64,000 nt of DNA, taken from assembly GCA_963749595.1 (NCBI GenBank), contig CAVVNJ010000003.1:89532-153531 (forward strand). The letters run 5' to 3'. This document shows, piece by piece, positions 44,775 through 52,910 of this stretch (position 1 is the stretch's first letter; the number at the start of each line of letters is the position of its first letter). The notes under the pieces were generated by a model that was given only the letters and a program-made list of their open reading frames with translations, had not been told where the DNA came from and did no database searches. The position numbers were made by a program, and so were the translations under genes. This DNA comes from Candidatus Woesebacteria bacterium. GTDB taxonomy: Bacteria > Patescibacteriota > Microgenomatia > UBA1400 > UBA1396.

Positions 44775-45130
44775 AATATCTATCCTCCCAGCGTTTTGCC
44801 TCGCAAATTACCCCTCAAAGTAACCTTAAACTGCTCCCTAAACTAACCTGTTTGAGGTTGCTCTAGGGACTTTTAGGCAGATAGGGTCTATTAGTGGTCC
44901 ATCTTTGGCCAGAGTGGGCAAATAGGGGCGGAAATACTTTGGAAACAATCGCTTATCGACCTGTCGCTAAATTAGCCCCTGCTTGCCCGGATGGACTCAA
45001 ATTAACCTAGCAATGGACCCCTATTGCCCATAAGGTCTGAATTAGGACCTGTTTGGGGTCACCTTTGGGAGTAATTAGAGGTCTCTGGAGGGGACAGTTT
45101 GGGAGGCAAATCGCTGGGGAGATATAGATC
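44775..45130. repeat. MITE-like non-coding repeat, copy A (complete)
   Basis: Stops occur in all frames. Positions 44813-45125 are the reverse complement of 63687-64000 at roughly 85-90 percent identity by eye. Its two ends are imperfect inverted repeats of each other: CCAGCGTTTTGCCTCGCAAATTACCCCTC at the left, versus the reverse complement of the right end, CCAGCGATTTGCCTCCCAAACTGTCCCCTC. Confidence 0.6.
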
Positions 45131-45196
45131 CCAAACTCGTGAAGATGGTCGTGAAAACTGCAAAATGCCGTAAGCAAATCTTACCGGAAAAAGAAT

Positions 45197-46385
45197 TTAT
45201 TTCCGGACAAAAAGTATCACATTGGGCAGATCGCGTCCCGGTCCAAGCTTATAGCCGCCGGACCAAAGCGCCGTCGAGCCGCCATCGTCCAAATTAAGCG
45301 CGCTTTCAATGCCCATCTTATTTACCACCCGCGCCGCCTCCGCCACCGTGGCCGAGCGCACCACGCCGATGTAGACCTTGCTGCCGGTGGCGCCGACAAA
45401 ACTGCGGTTGCCCTTGGAGCCCTTTTTTGGATCATCATCGCCGCCAAAAGCCACCGATCCGCCGAAGGTCAGCAGCGGCTGGTTGGCAATGACTGCGTCC
45501 ACGCCGGTGTCTCTCCCCCATTCCGATGAAGCGCGGACAAAGCGGGAGGAGCTACCGAAGAAAATTGCCGCCGGCACCGCGCTATAGACGTTGTTGGCGG
45601 AGTTGAAATAAACCTTGTTTTTATTCATCAGCAGGGTGTCGAAAGTATTGGTTTTTCCGGCGCAGCTTGGGTAGGAAGCCGGACAAAAATAGGAACCGTT
45701 GATGCCGGCAAACGCGCCGGATCGGGAGACGTAGGTCGCCAGGGGCAGAACCGGACAGTTATTACCGACAGTCGCCATCCGAGGCCGTGTCGACAATCAC
45801 GCGGGTCGAGTTCAGGTCAGCGGTGACGATGTCGACTAAATACTCTCCGATGCCATCCACCACCACTTTTTGCCGACTGTAGCCTGAATCAGGCGGGAGG
45901 ATTTTTCGGGCACATTGGCTGGAATAATCAGAGCGGCGGTCAACTGTTGTTGCAGTTTGCCGATTTCGACGTCCAATTTCTGCAGGGTTTCTTTGGCCGG
46001 GTCGTATTCTCGCCGGGACAACTGAACCAAGTGCTTGGGTAAATAACGCGTCCAAGGCTTGCGTTTTGGTTGTTTGTTCGCGCAGCTTGATCAGGTCTTC
46101 GTATTGATTGACGGATTGCCGGAAAGTGCTCTGAATATTTCTCACCTCTTCCGTCAGATCGCGATTACGCTTGATTTGATCTTCGTTGAGCAGGGCGTCG
46201 AAATCGCTTTGCACTCTGGCCAATTCGCCGCTGACGCTGGCCAGCTGGTCATTCAGACGCAGCCCCTCCGCCTCGCTGAAGGCCAGATTTCCGGACAAAT
46301 CTCGATTAACCGTCTGATGGGTCAACGCGACCAATAATAAGCCAACTGCCAAAGAGGCCAAGACAAATGGAAAGTACGGTTTCAA
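45197..46385 (-). pseudogene. Phosphodiester glycosidase (NAGPA/DUF2233)-like protein with an N-terminal TM anchor, frameshifted
   Basis: The C-terminal ORF (45197-45796) has GAFAGINGSYFCP and ESALNLDDGGSTALW. The N-terminal ORF (45762-46385) has a TM helix plus coiled coil, then a nonsense stretch. A third frame (45836-46030) holds YDPAKETLQKLDVEIGKLQQQLTAALIIPANVPEK. About three frame changes are needed. Confidence 0.6.
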
Positions 46386-46476
46386 CCATGGTTAGCGGCC
46401 GAGGCAGATGAAAGACTTTGGCAATTTTCGCCCCGGCTGGAGCCGAATTTATTTTCATACTTAACAATAATATACA

Positions 46477-46901
46477 ATGAAAAATAATTTTGCTACTATA
46501 CCCGTATGGCTAACGGCGAATATTCCCCCCAAGAAGATTCTGGTCGTGGAGGATGACGGCTCGGTGTTGTCTATTCTTACGAATGCCTTGGGCAAACAAG
46601 GCTTCGTCATGCTCGGTGCCCGCGATGGCGAGGAGGGTCTGCAGACCGCTTTCAAAGAGCGTCCGGACTTGATCCTGCTCGATATCATCATGCCTAAGAT
46701 GGACGGGATCGACATGTTAAAACGTTTGCGCCAGGACTCTGGGGGAAAGAAGTCCCGGTGATTGTCTTGACGAATCTAAACCAGGCGGACAAGGTTTCCA
46801 CCGCTTTGGCCAATGAAGTTTTTGACTATTTCGTCAAAGCGAATACCGGTCTGGACGAAGTGATTGACAAGGTCAAAGACCGGTTGGGCCTGCCGGCGTA
46901 G
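46477..46901 (+). pseudogene. CheY-like response regulator receiver, frameshifted at a G5 run
   Basis: KKILVVEDDGSVLSILTNAL...PDLILLDIIMPKMDGIDMLKRLRQDS, then stop at 46761. After GGGGG (46741-46745) the next frame continues WGKEVPVIVLTNLNQADKVSTALANEVFDYFVKA...LGLPA-stop (46899-46901). Confidence 0.7.
46741..46745 (+). repeat. G5 homopolymer at the response-regulator frameshift
   Basis: Counted directly in ctct-ggggg-aaag. Confidence 0.9.
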
Positions 46902-46922
46902 TCGGTCGGGAGGCAATGTTTC

Positions 46923-48373
46923 TTAGGACCCACTCGATTTCTTGCGGTTGACCGGTCTGCGAGCAACAGAGTAAGCGTTGAGCGACATTATTGGCTGGTG
47001 ATTATTGGTCTGCCGAACCACGACTGGTTTATCCAAGATCGGCTCGCCTTTTCTGAGTTGAGTCAGCAGCTCGCGAATCTTGCCCGGTTGTTCGAACAGT
47101 AATTCAGCCTGGGTGCCAATAAAATCCGTCGGAGGTGGTGGAGATAGTGTTCGGCCGAAGGATTGATGAGTAGGATTTTTCCGGCCAAGTCGGTGTGGAA
47201 GAGGAAATCGCGCAACGAAGTAAAGATGTTGCGGTACTGTTCTTCGCTGGAACGAAGACGATAAGTCATGTGCTTGGCCAGCAAGGTGCCGCTCAAGACT
47301 GAGGAGGAGAGAATGGAGACAATTAGAAATACCAGAAAACTCAGAGCTGAGCCCGTAATCAGAATCAGATATGGGACAAGATGTTCTAAGGAGCGGGGCA
47401 AATTCGGGTTTGGGGTCTGAAAAAAAACTACTTCCCAATGTCGCTGCATTACGGGAATGGTTGATTCGTATTGGAAATACTGTTTCGGAATTGACCGAGG
47501 AGTTAGAAATTTGTGGATTGGTACTATAGAGAACTACTTTGCTGGAAATCGGGTTGGGTTTCGGAGACGATAAAATCGATCGAGTTTGTGAGACTAATCG
47601 ACGCAGTTTGGAAAAATCGATCTACGGGAAAGATGGTTAGTATTATTCCCCGCAAGGCTTGGCGCCGATCGTCGAGGACCTATGACCGGTCGCTGTGATC
47701 ATAAAGGGGCGCATAAAGCAGAAGCCGGGTTGGCCGTCGACAAGTTGGTAATCTTTTCGGGCTGCGGCACTGTGGCCGGTATCCCGAGCCATTTCCAGTG
47801 CTTCACGCTTTGGTTCGGAGCGCAGATCAAAACCAAACGCGCAGATGTTGGCCTTAAAAGGTTCAATGAAAGTTACGACGAAGTACTGTCTCGATCAATA
47901 GTTGGCATAATCTGAAAGTTTCGCAGGGCCTCTGTGTCAGCCATCAGGTCAGTTTTATCAGCCCGAACCTGTTGCTCAAATGCGGCGGCCGGCTCTCGGT
48001 TAACCACGGCGAGTATAGGCCAGCGCACTGACTTAGGAGCGTGTTTCGACGACGATCAAGACTTCGGAATATCGACGCCATTCGCCACGGGTGACCTTTT
48101 CGCTGGCCACAAATAGTCCCTGGATGGCCAGAAGCATTCCGCGGTGTGCTGAGAACTGGGTTGTCAATGTGGTCGATGACGCTGTTGGCGGCTTTGAACT
48201 TGTTCGCGTCTTTTGCACCAAATTGTGGTTGTGTCGGAGAAGATTAGCGGTCGAAACGCCAGAAGGAATATAGTGGCCGCAACCATAGCGACGAACAAAC
48301 ATTGCGCGCCGGCAAAAGGCCTAGTTTGGCCATCCGAAGGTTCACTTCGTTTCTGCTCGGAAAAATTGGCCAC
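46923..48373 (-). pseudogene. Decayed sensor protein (TM - CHASE-like - TM - PAS) with no kinase domain
   Basis: Only fragments in several frames. These are a TM helix (CLFVAMVAATIFLLAF), a CHASE-like LLAIQGLFVASEKVTRGEWRRYSEVL, a TM helix (LVPYLILITGSALSFLVFLIVSIL), and PAS-like EEQYRNIFTSLRDFLFHTDLAGKILLINPSAEHYL / TDFIGTQAELLFEQPGKIRELL. No HisKA/HATPase region follows. Confidence 0.4.
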
Positions 48374-48438
48374 TAATATATTATTATGTTACTTAAGCAA
48401 GTTTGACAAGGCGAAAAGCCTTTTGCTAGGGTTGTAAC

Positions 48439-49536
48439 ATGCCACAAATTGATCTCAAGCCCGCTAAAGACGAAAAAATCACGAAAGAAAAGGAAAGAAA
48501 GCCTGCCAAGCGGCCAAAAATTTCTTTGGCCATTGATAAAACCGCTCTAAAAAAATTGTCCTTGGTGGCCGTGGCCTATTCGCACGTGGAACGGGAGTGG
48601 TTTCCCACGGAAGAATCGTATTTAGCGGAAGTTGAAGTGGAAGAACGGTCCCAGGAAGTGTTGGATGAATTAGAGGATCTCGGTATTCCTGCCCGCGGTT
48701 ATCCGGGCAACCAATATTTTTTAACCAATTTGCTGGTTGACCAACCTAGCTTAGTTTTAAACTTAGTTGATACGTTGCGCGGCAAAGACAAATTACAAAC
48801 TTCGGTTCCGGCGGCCCTTGAGCTGTCCAGCATCCCCTACACCGGCTCCGGCATGGAAGGGCTGGTGATTAGCAACAACCGCAATCTCACCAAGCGGCTA
48901 TTACTGGCCTACGACATCCCTACCCCGGATTTTCAGTTTATCCGCCGGGCGGGAACCAAGGTGAGCGAGGACCTTGGCTTTCCGCTGATCGTCAAATTGA
49001 ACGAAAGTGGCGGCAGTGTTGGGATTGACAACAAAGCGGTAAAGGAGTCGCAAAAGGATGTCCAAAAGAAAGTCGACTTAATGGTTTCTCGGTACAAGCT
49101 GCCGGTGGTGGTGGAGCGCTTTATTGACGGTCCGGAGATTACGGTCGTGGTCTATGATGACGGCGAAAAGAAACAGGTTTTTGCCGGGGAAAAAATCTTT
49201 CGGAGCAAGGCCGATGGCAAGCATTTTTTCACCTCGATTGAGAGCTATGACGATATTAGGGCTTACCGCTACAAGTTCATTGACGACGAACTTGCGGAAA
49301 ACAAGATCGCCCGCTTAGCAATTCGAGCCTTCAATGCCCTTCAGTACAAAGATTATGCCAAGTTTGATGTGCGCGTGGATGAAGCGACCGGCATTCCCTA
49401 TTTTACCGATTGTAACGCCAATACTGCTTTTGGGCCGGACTTGGGTTTGCCAATGACTGAGGTGATGGCTTTGCACGGGGTCTCTTTCTCCGATTTACTG
49501 GCCAGCCTGATGAGCAAATATGCCAAACAACTCTGA
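48439..49536 (+). CDS. ATP-grasp enzyme, D-alanine--D-alanine ligase-like
   Basis: 365 aa. LVLNLVDTLRGKDKLQTSVPAALELSSIPYTGSG, NRNLTKRLLLAYDIPTP, FPLIVKLNESGGSVGI, and a Ddl-like C-terminus (DVRVDEATGIPYFTDCNANTAFG). Confidence 0.65.
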   Translation: MPQIDLKPAKDEKITKEKERKPAKRPKISLAIDKTALKKLSLVAVAYSHVEREWFPTEESYLAEVEVEERSQEVLDELEDLGIPARGYPGNQYFLTNLLVDQPSLVLNLVDTLRGKDKLQTSVPAALELSSIPYTGSGMEGLVISNNRNLTKRLLLAYDIPTPDFQFIRRAGTKVSEDLGFPLIVKLNESGGSVGIDNKAVKESQKDVQKKVDLMVSRYKLPVVVERFIDGPEITVVVYDDGEKKQVFAGEKIFRSKADGKHFFTSIESYDDIRAYRYKFIDDELAENKIARLAIRAFNALQYKDYAKFDVRVDEATGIPYFTDCNANTAFGPDLGLPMTEVMALHGVSFSDLLASLMSKYAKQL

Positions 49537-50155
49537 TCAACCACACCGGATGCAGCGGTTTATGCAAATCAGTGATTCTCACTGCGGGGCGGCGGTGACG
49601 CAGATGCTGCTGTCCAATTTAGGCATCATTGTTTCGCAGGAGGAAATTGTTGAAGCGGCTGGGGTTGAGGAAATGATCGAAGATTATGGCATGAATATTC
49701 CGCAGATGGCTTTGGCAGTACGCCGCTTAGCGCCTCACGCCCAGTTTTGGTACAAGGCAGATTCGGAATTGGAAGATTTAGTTTCACTGGTCAATCAATA
49801 TGGCTTTCCCGTCGGGGTGGAATGGCAAGGTGTTTTTGGCCAGGATGATGATGAAGACGAGGATGAAGACGATGAAGAAAACGATTATGGCCACTATAGC
49901 GTGGCCACCAAGATCGACCTGGAAAATGACACCATTGTAATTGTTGATCCCTATCGCGATTTTGGCTTGAAAGATCGTTATTTTTCCCTGGGAGAGTTTC
50001 TTGGTCGTTGGTGGGACACAAATACGGAATTCGATCGTGCGCAGAAGTATTCTCGTCTAGTGGAAGATTATCACATGCTGTTCATTGTGACGGCCAAAGG
50101 ATCATCTTTCCCCAAATTGTTGGGCATGAAGAATACTTGGCCCGATGAACTTTGA
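49520..50155 (+). CDS. C39-like papain-fold cysteine peptidase domain protein with a poly-acidic insert
   Basis: QISDSHCGAAVTQMLLSNLG (Cys motif), DYGHYSVATKID...VIVDPY (His motif), separated by DDDEDEDEDDEEND. Overlaps the ATP-grasp gene by 17 nt. Confidence 0.5.
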   Translation: MPNNSDQPHRMQRFMQISDSHCGAAVTQMLLSNLGIIVSQEEIVEAAGVEEMIEDYGMNIPQMALAVRRLAPHAQFWYKADSELEDLVSLVNQYGFPVGVEWQGVFGQDDDEDEDEDDEENDYGHYSVATKIDLENDTIVIVDPYRDFGLKDRYFSLGEFLGRWWDTNTEFDRAQKYSRLVEDYHMLFIVTAKGSSFPKLLGMKNTWPDEL

Positions 50156-50193
50156 AGCTGACTTTCTCTATTTTTATAGTAGAATAGCGGTCT

Positions 50194-50613
50194 ATGGCCG
50201 AAGCATATCAAGTTGCTCTTTTACATACCAAAGCTTATCGCATCTTGCGTCAGGAAATTGCGGCGCTGTTAGTCCCCCATCAGGTGACCATGTTGGAGTG
50301 GGTTCTGCTTTGTTCGCTCGATCTGGAGCAAGGAATTCGCCTGTCTCAAGTAGCCGATTATATTGGGGTGGAAGCGCCGCTTATTTCCCAATTGATACGT
50401 TCCCTCCAAAGCAAGGGTTTGGTTAAGCTTTCTCCAGACAAAGATGACAAACGCGCCAAGCGTTTAGTGCTGACGGTTAACGGCTTGAAATTAGTGACCG
50501 AAAGCAACCAGCAATTAGAGGGCGAGCTGGCGGATTGTTTGTCGGGTCTGACCGAGACCGACGTTTCTGCTCATCTGCGGGCTTTGGAAACGATTATTCA
50601 CCACGACGATTAA
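50194..50613 (+). CDS. MarR-family transcriptional regulator
   Basis: 139 aa. Winged HTH: VTMLEWVLLCSLDLEQGIRLSQVADYIGVEAPLISQLIRSLQSKGLVKLSPDKDDKRAKRLVLT. TAGAAT at 50180-50185 lies 8 nt upstream of the ATG. Confidence 0.85.
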   Translation: MAEAYQVALLHTKAYRILRQEIAALLVPHQVTMLEWVLLCSLDLEQGIRLSQVADYIGVEAPLISQLIRSLQSKGLVKLSPDKDDKRAKRLVLTVNGLKLVTESNQQLEGELADCLSGLTETDVSAHLRALETIIHHDD

Positions 50614-51821
50614 CGTCGGTCAAAACGGTAAATTACCCCCGCCCGATCATCGGATAGATATAACCTTCCGGTACTGTCAAATTCTAAATCAACCGGACGA
50701 CCCCAAATTTCACCCTCCCGGTACCAACCGGAAACCACATCTTCAGCTTGCGGCGGGCTATCCCCCAACTTCACCCGGACAACTTTGAAACCAGTCGGAA
50801 CGGAGCGATTCCAAGAACCGTGGTAGGCCACGAGCAGATCCCCTTGCCAGTCGGCGGGAAACAGGGGCGAAGTAATAAAAGTTAAGCCCAACGGTGCCGA
50901 GTGGGCCGGAACGGCGAAAACCGGTGGTTGGGTGTTGGCGCAGAAGCCAGCATCCTTTTGTCCGAATTTTTGGTCAAAAACCTGATTGCCGTAGCAGATC
51001 GGCCAGCCATAATTTTTGCCGTCCTCCAATTGATTTATCTCGTCCGGTGGCAGATTGTCGCCCAGAAAATCCCGGCCCATTTCCGTGCCCCAAAGTTCAT
51101 TGGTATTTGGCCGAAAGCGGATAAAAACCGAGTTGCGCAGGCCGGTGGCGAAAATCCGTGGCCCTGTCCCTTCAAGATCCGTGACGATTACTCCAATCAG
51201 AGGACTTTTTTCCAGACAGACGTCGCAGGTGGAGCCGATGGAAACATAAACTTGCCGGTCCGGGCCAATGGCGATCGTGCGGGTGAAGTGCCGACCTCCG
51301 GATGGAAGATCCGTCAAGATTTTTTCCCGGGTGGCGGTTAGGGAATTCTCTTGCCAACGGTAGCGAACCAAGCGGGTTTCCTCCGCGATCAGTAGGGTGG
51401 TGTCAGCAAAAGCCAAGCCATGGGGGCGGTCGAGGCCGCTGGCGACGACTTTGATTTCATCGGCCCGCCCATCTTGGTCGCGATCCGGCAAGGCAATTAT
51501 GGTTCCGGCTTCAGGTTGCGAGACCAGCAGCGTTCCATCCGGGCTGAAGGCGATATCCCGCGGGCCGCTTAGGTTACGGGCAAAAACAGTGACGGTGAGA
51601 AAATCAGGCAGAGCCAGCGGAACTTCCGGAGCCTGGCCCGTGGAAGCTAACTGCGGTGGCGCCGAGGGCAACGGTGGCACCCTGCTAAACAGTGGGCGCG
51701 CCCCGCGATACAAATTGTACGCGGGGCGCGCCCACCAAACCGTCCCAATAATTACTACGAGCGCCAGCAAAATGCCGGGCAACAAAATCGGATTACGAGC
51801 TGGTCGGAGTTGATTGGCCAT
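50610..51821 (-). CDS. PQQ-dependent sugar (glucose/sorbosone) dehydrogenase, beta-propeller
   Basis: N-terminal TM/signal anchor. GLRNSVFIRFRP, ELWGTEMGRDFLGDNLPPDEINQLEDGKNYGWP, HSAPLGLTF are typical of the soluble aldose sugar dehydrogenase family. Confidence 0.8.
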   Translation of the reverse strand: MANQLRPARNPILLPGILLALVVIIGTVWWARPAYNLYRGARPLFSRVPPLPSAPPQLASTGQAPEVPLALPDFLTVTVFARNLSGPRDIAFSPDGTLLVSQPEAGTIIALPDRDQDGRADEIKVVASGLDRPHGLAFADTTLLIAEETRLVRYRWQENSLTATREKILTDLPSGGRHFTRTIAIGPDRQVYVSIGSTCDVCLEKSPLIGVIVTDLEGTGPRIFATGLRNSVFIRFRPNTNELWGTEMGRDFLGDNLPPDEINQLEDGKNYGWPICYGNQVFDQKFGQKDAGFCANTQPPVFAVPAHSAPLGLTFITSPLFPADWQGDLLVAYHGSWNRSVPTGFKVVRVKLGDSPPQAEDVVSGWYREGEIWGRPVDLEFDSTGRLYLSDDRAGVIYRFDRR

Positions 51822-51832
51822 TAATTAAAACA

Positions 51833-52102
51833 TTACCACTTCTTCCACATCATCATCTTCCATAGATGACCGACGAGGGCGACACCCACCAGGACCCAAC
51901 CCCAAAACATGGTGTCCGCAACACTAAAGTAGCTAACGACGAGTAAGGCAATACCGGCGCCACCTAACAGGTGAATCAAACCAAAGGAACTCCCACAACA
52001 GGACATCCACCCCATACCCATCATCTTGTCATGAGGCATCATCCCCTTTTCCATCATCATTCCTTGATCCATAGTTTTGGCAGGTCGACCGCGGCGCGGC
52101 AT
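51833..52102 (-). CDS. Small Met/Cys-rich membrane protein (89 aa)
   Basis: MDQGMMMEKGMMPHDKMMGMGWMSCCGSSFG, followed by two TM helices and KMMMWKKW. SD AAAGGAG upstream. Confidence 0.45.
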   Translation of the reverse strand: MPRRGRPAKTMDQGMMMEKGMMPHDKMMGMGWMSCCGSSFGLIHLLGGAGIALLVVSYFSVADTMFWGWVLVGVALVGHLWKMMMWKKW

Positions 52103-52177
52103 AGGGCTCCTTTGGCTGTTAAATACTTATGTTGATGAATAATTTAGGAGCTGTCAACCGGTATGTGACTTCCTCCG

Positions 52178-52450
52178 TTAAGTTATTTGCGGGTAAACAT
52201 TTGTTGAACGTGAGCGGGAAAATTCAATCCAGTTTTCTTCGGCGCGGCTGTATTTCTCCGCGAAAGAATCATCAACGATCCAGATTGCCAAGGTAAACAT
52301 GTTGGCCACAATCTCCTGCCGTTCGAGTAGGTACACGCCGATTGTATCCGGAAACATCTGAGCATACTCCAACACTTTTGGTAGATCAAAAGCCAGGATT
52401 TTTGCGACCATCAGCCACAATTTATCCGGCCGTTCTCTCCGGATTTTCAA
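52178..52450 (-). CDS. Hypothetical protein, possibly the detached C-terminal part of the HD-domain protein
   Basis: TTG start overlapping the TGA of 52447-52860 (TTGA). DKLWLMVAKILAFDLPKVLEY resembles the helix that follows the HD motif in YfbR-like enzymes. Confidence 0.35.
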   Translation of the reverse strand: MKIRRERPDKLWLMVAKILAFDLPKVLEYAQMFPDTIGVYLLERQEIVANMFTLAIWIVDDSFAEKYSRAEENWIEFSRSRSTNVYPQIT

Positions 52451-52860
52451 CTGCTGAATAGATGGATTCCGGTCAGAAAGTATTCAGTTTTTTCTATCGC
52501 CCGGAAGAGTGTGTGCAGGGCCAAATTTTCACCCGCCACCACCTGACGGTAGGCCTCGATCAATCGATCGGCATCAGGCAGTGCTTGGATTAGTTTTAGG
52601 GCCGCCCGGTTCTCTTTTTGGTCGTCATTTTGGGTTTTATCCGGAGCGGGAATGTCGCCGTAAGTCATTTCGCCAATATCGTGTACCGCCAATGCCAAAC
52701 AAAACTGGAGAAAAGTATCAGGATTCAGGGAGTCACCCAGAATTTCTTCAGCCACCTGGACCAAGTGTTCCTGATGGGATAAGAACAACCGCGGTTGGAC
52801 CCAGCAATTGCAGCCATTCTTCGGTGGTTTCCTGGCTGCGGAATTTTGACCAACGCTCAA
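52447..52860 (-). CDS. HD-domain phosphohydrolase (YfbR-like)
   Basis: LALAVHDIGEMTYGDIPAPDK is the HD...D motif. The N-terminus (TTG start) is uncertain. Confidence 0.45.
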   Translation of the reverse strand: MSVGQNSAARKPPKNGCNCWVQPRLFLSHQEHLVQVAEEILGDSLNPDTFLQFCLALAVHDIGEMTYGDIPAPDKTQNDDQKENRAALKLIQALPDADRLIEAYRQVVAGENLALHTLFRAIEKTEYFLTGIHLFSS

Positions 52861-52910
52861 GTTTGGCTAAATCAGCGCCGTATTGTCAACTATTTGCTAC
52901 AATCCCCCTC

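Noticed and set aside
47450-48438. An apparently ORF-free kilobase as a candidate ncRNA or regulatory region.
   Set aside because: Reverse-strand fragments carry TM, CHASE-like and PAS-like peptide motifs in shifting frames, so a decayed sensor gene explains it better.
52509-52910. The N-terminal 134 aa of the 582-aa track ORF 52509-54257.
   Set aside because: It is antisense to the HD-domain gene and is Pro/Arg/Gly-rich nonsense. A TGcTACAAT promoter 7 nt before the internal ATG at 52911 gives a 448-aa protein matching its 448-aa paralog.
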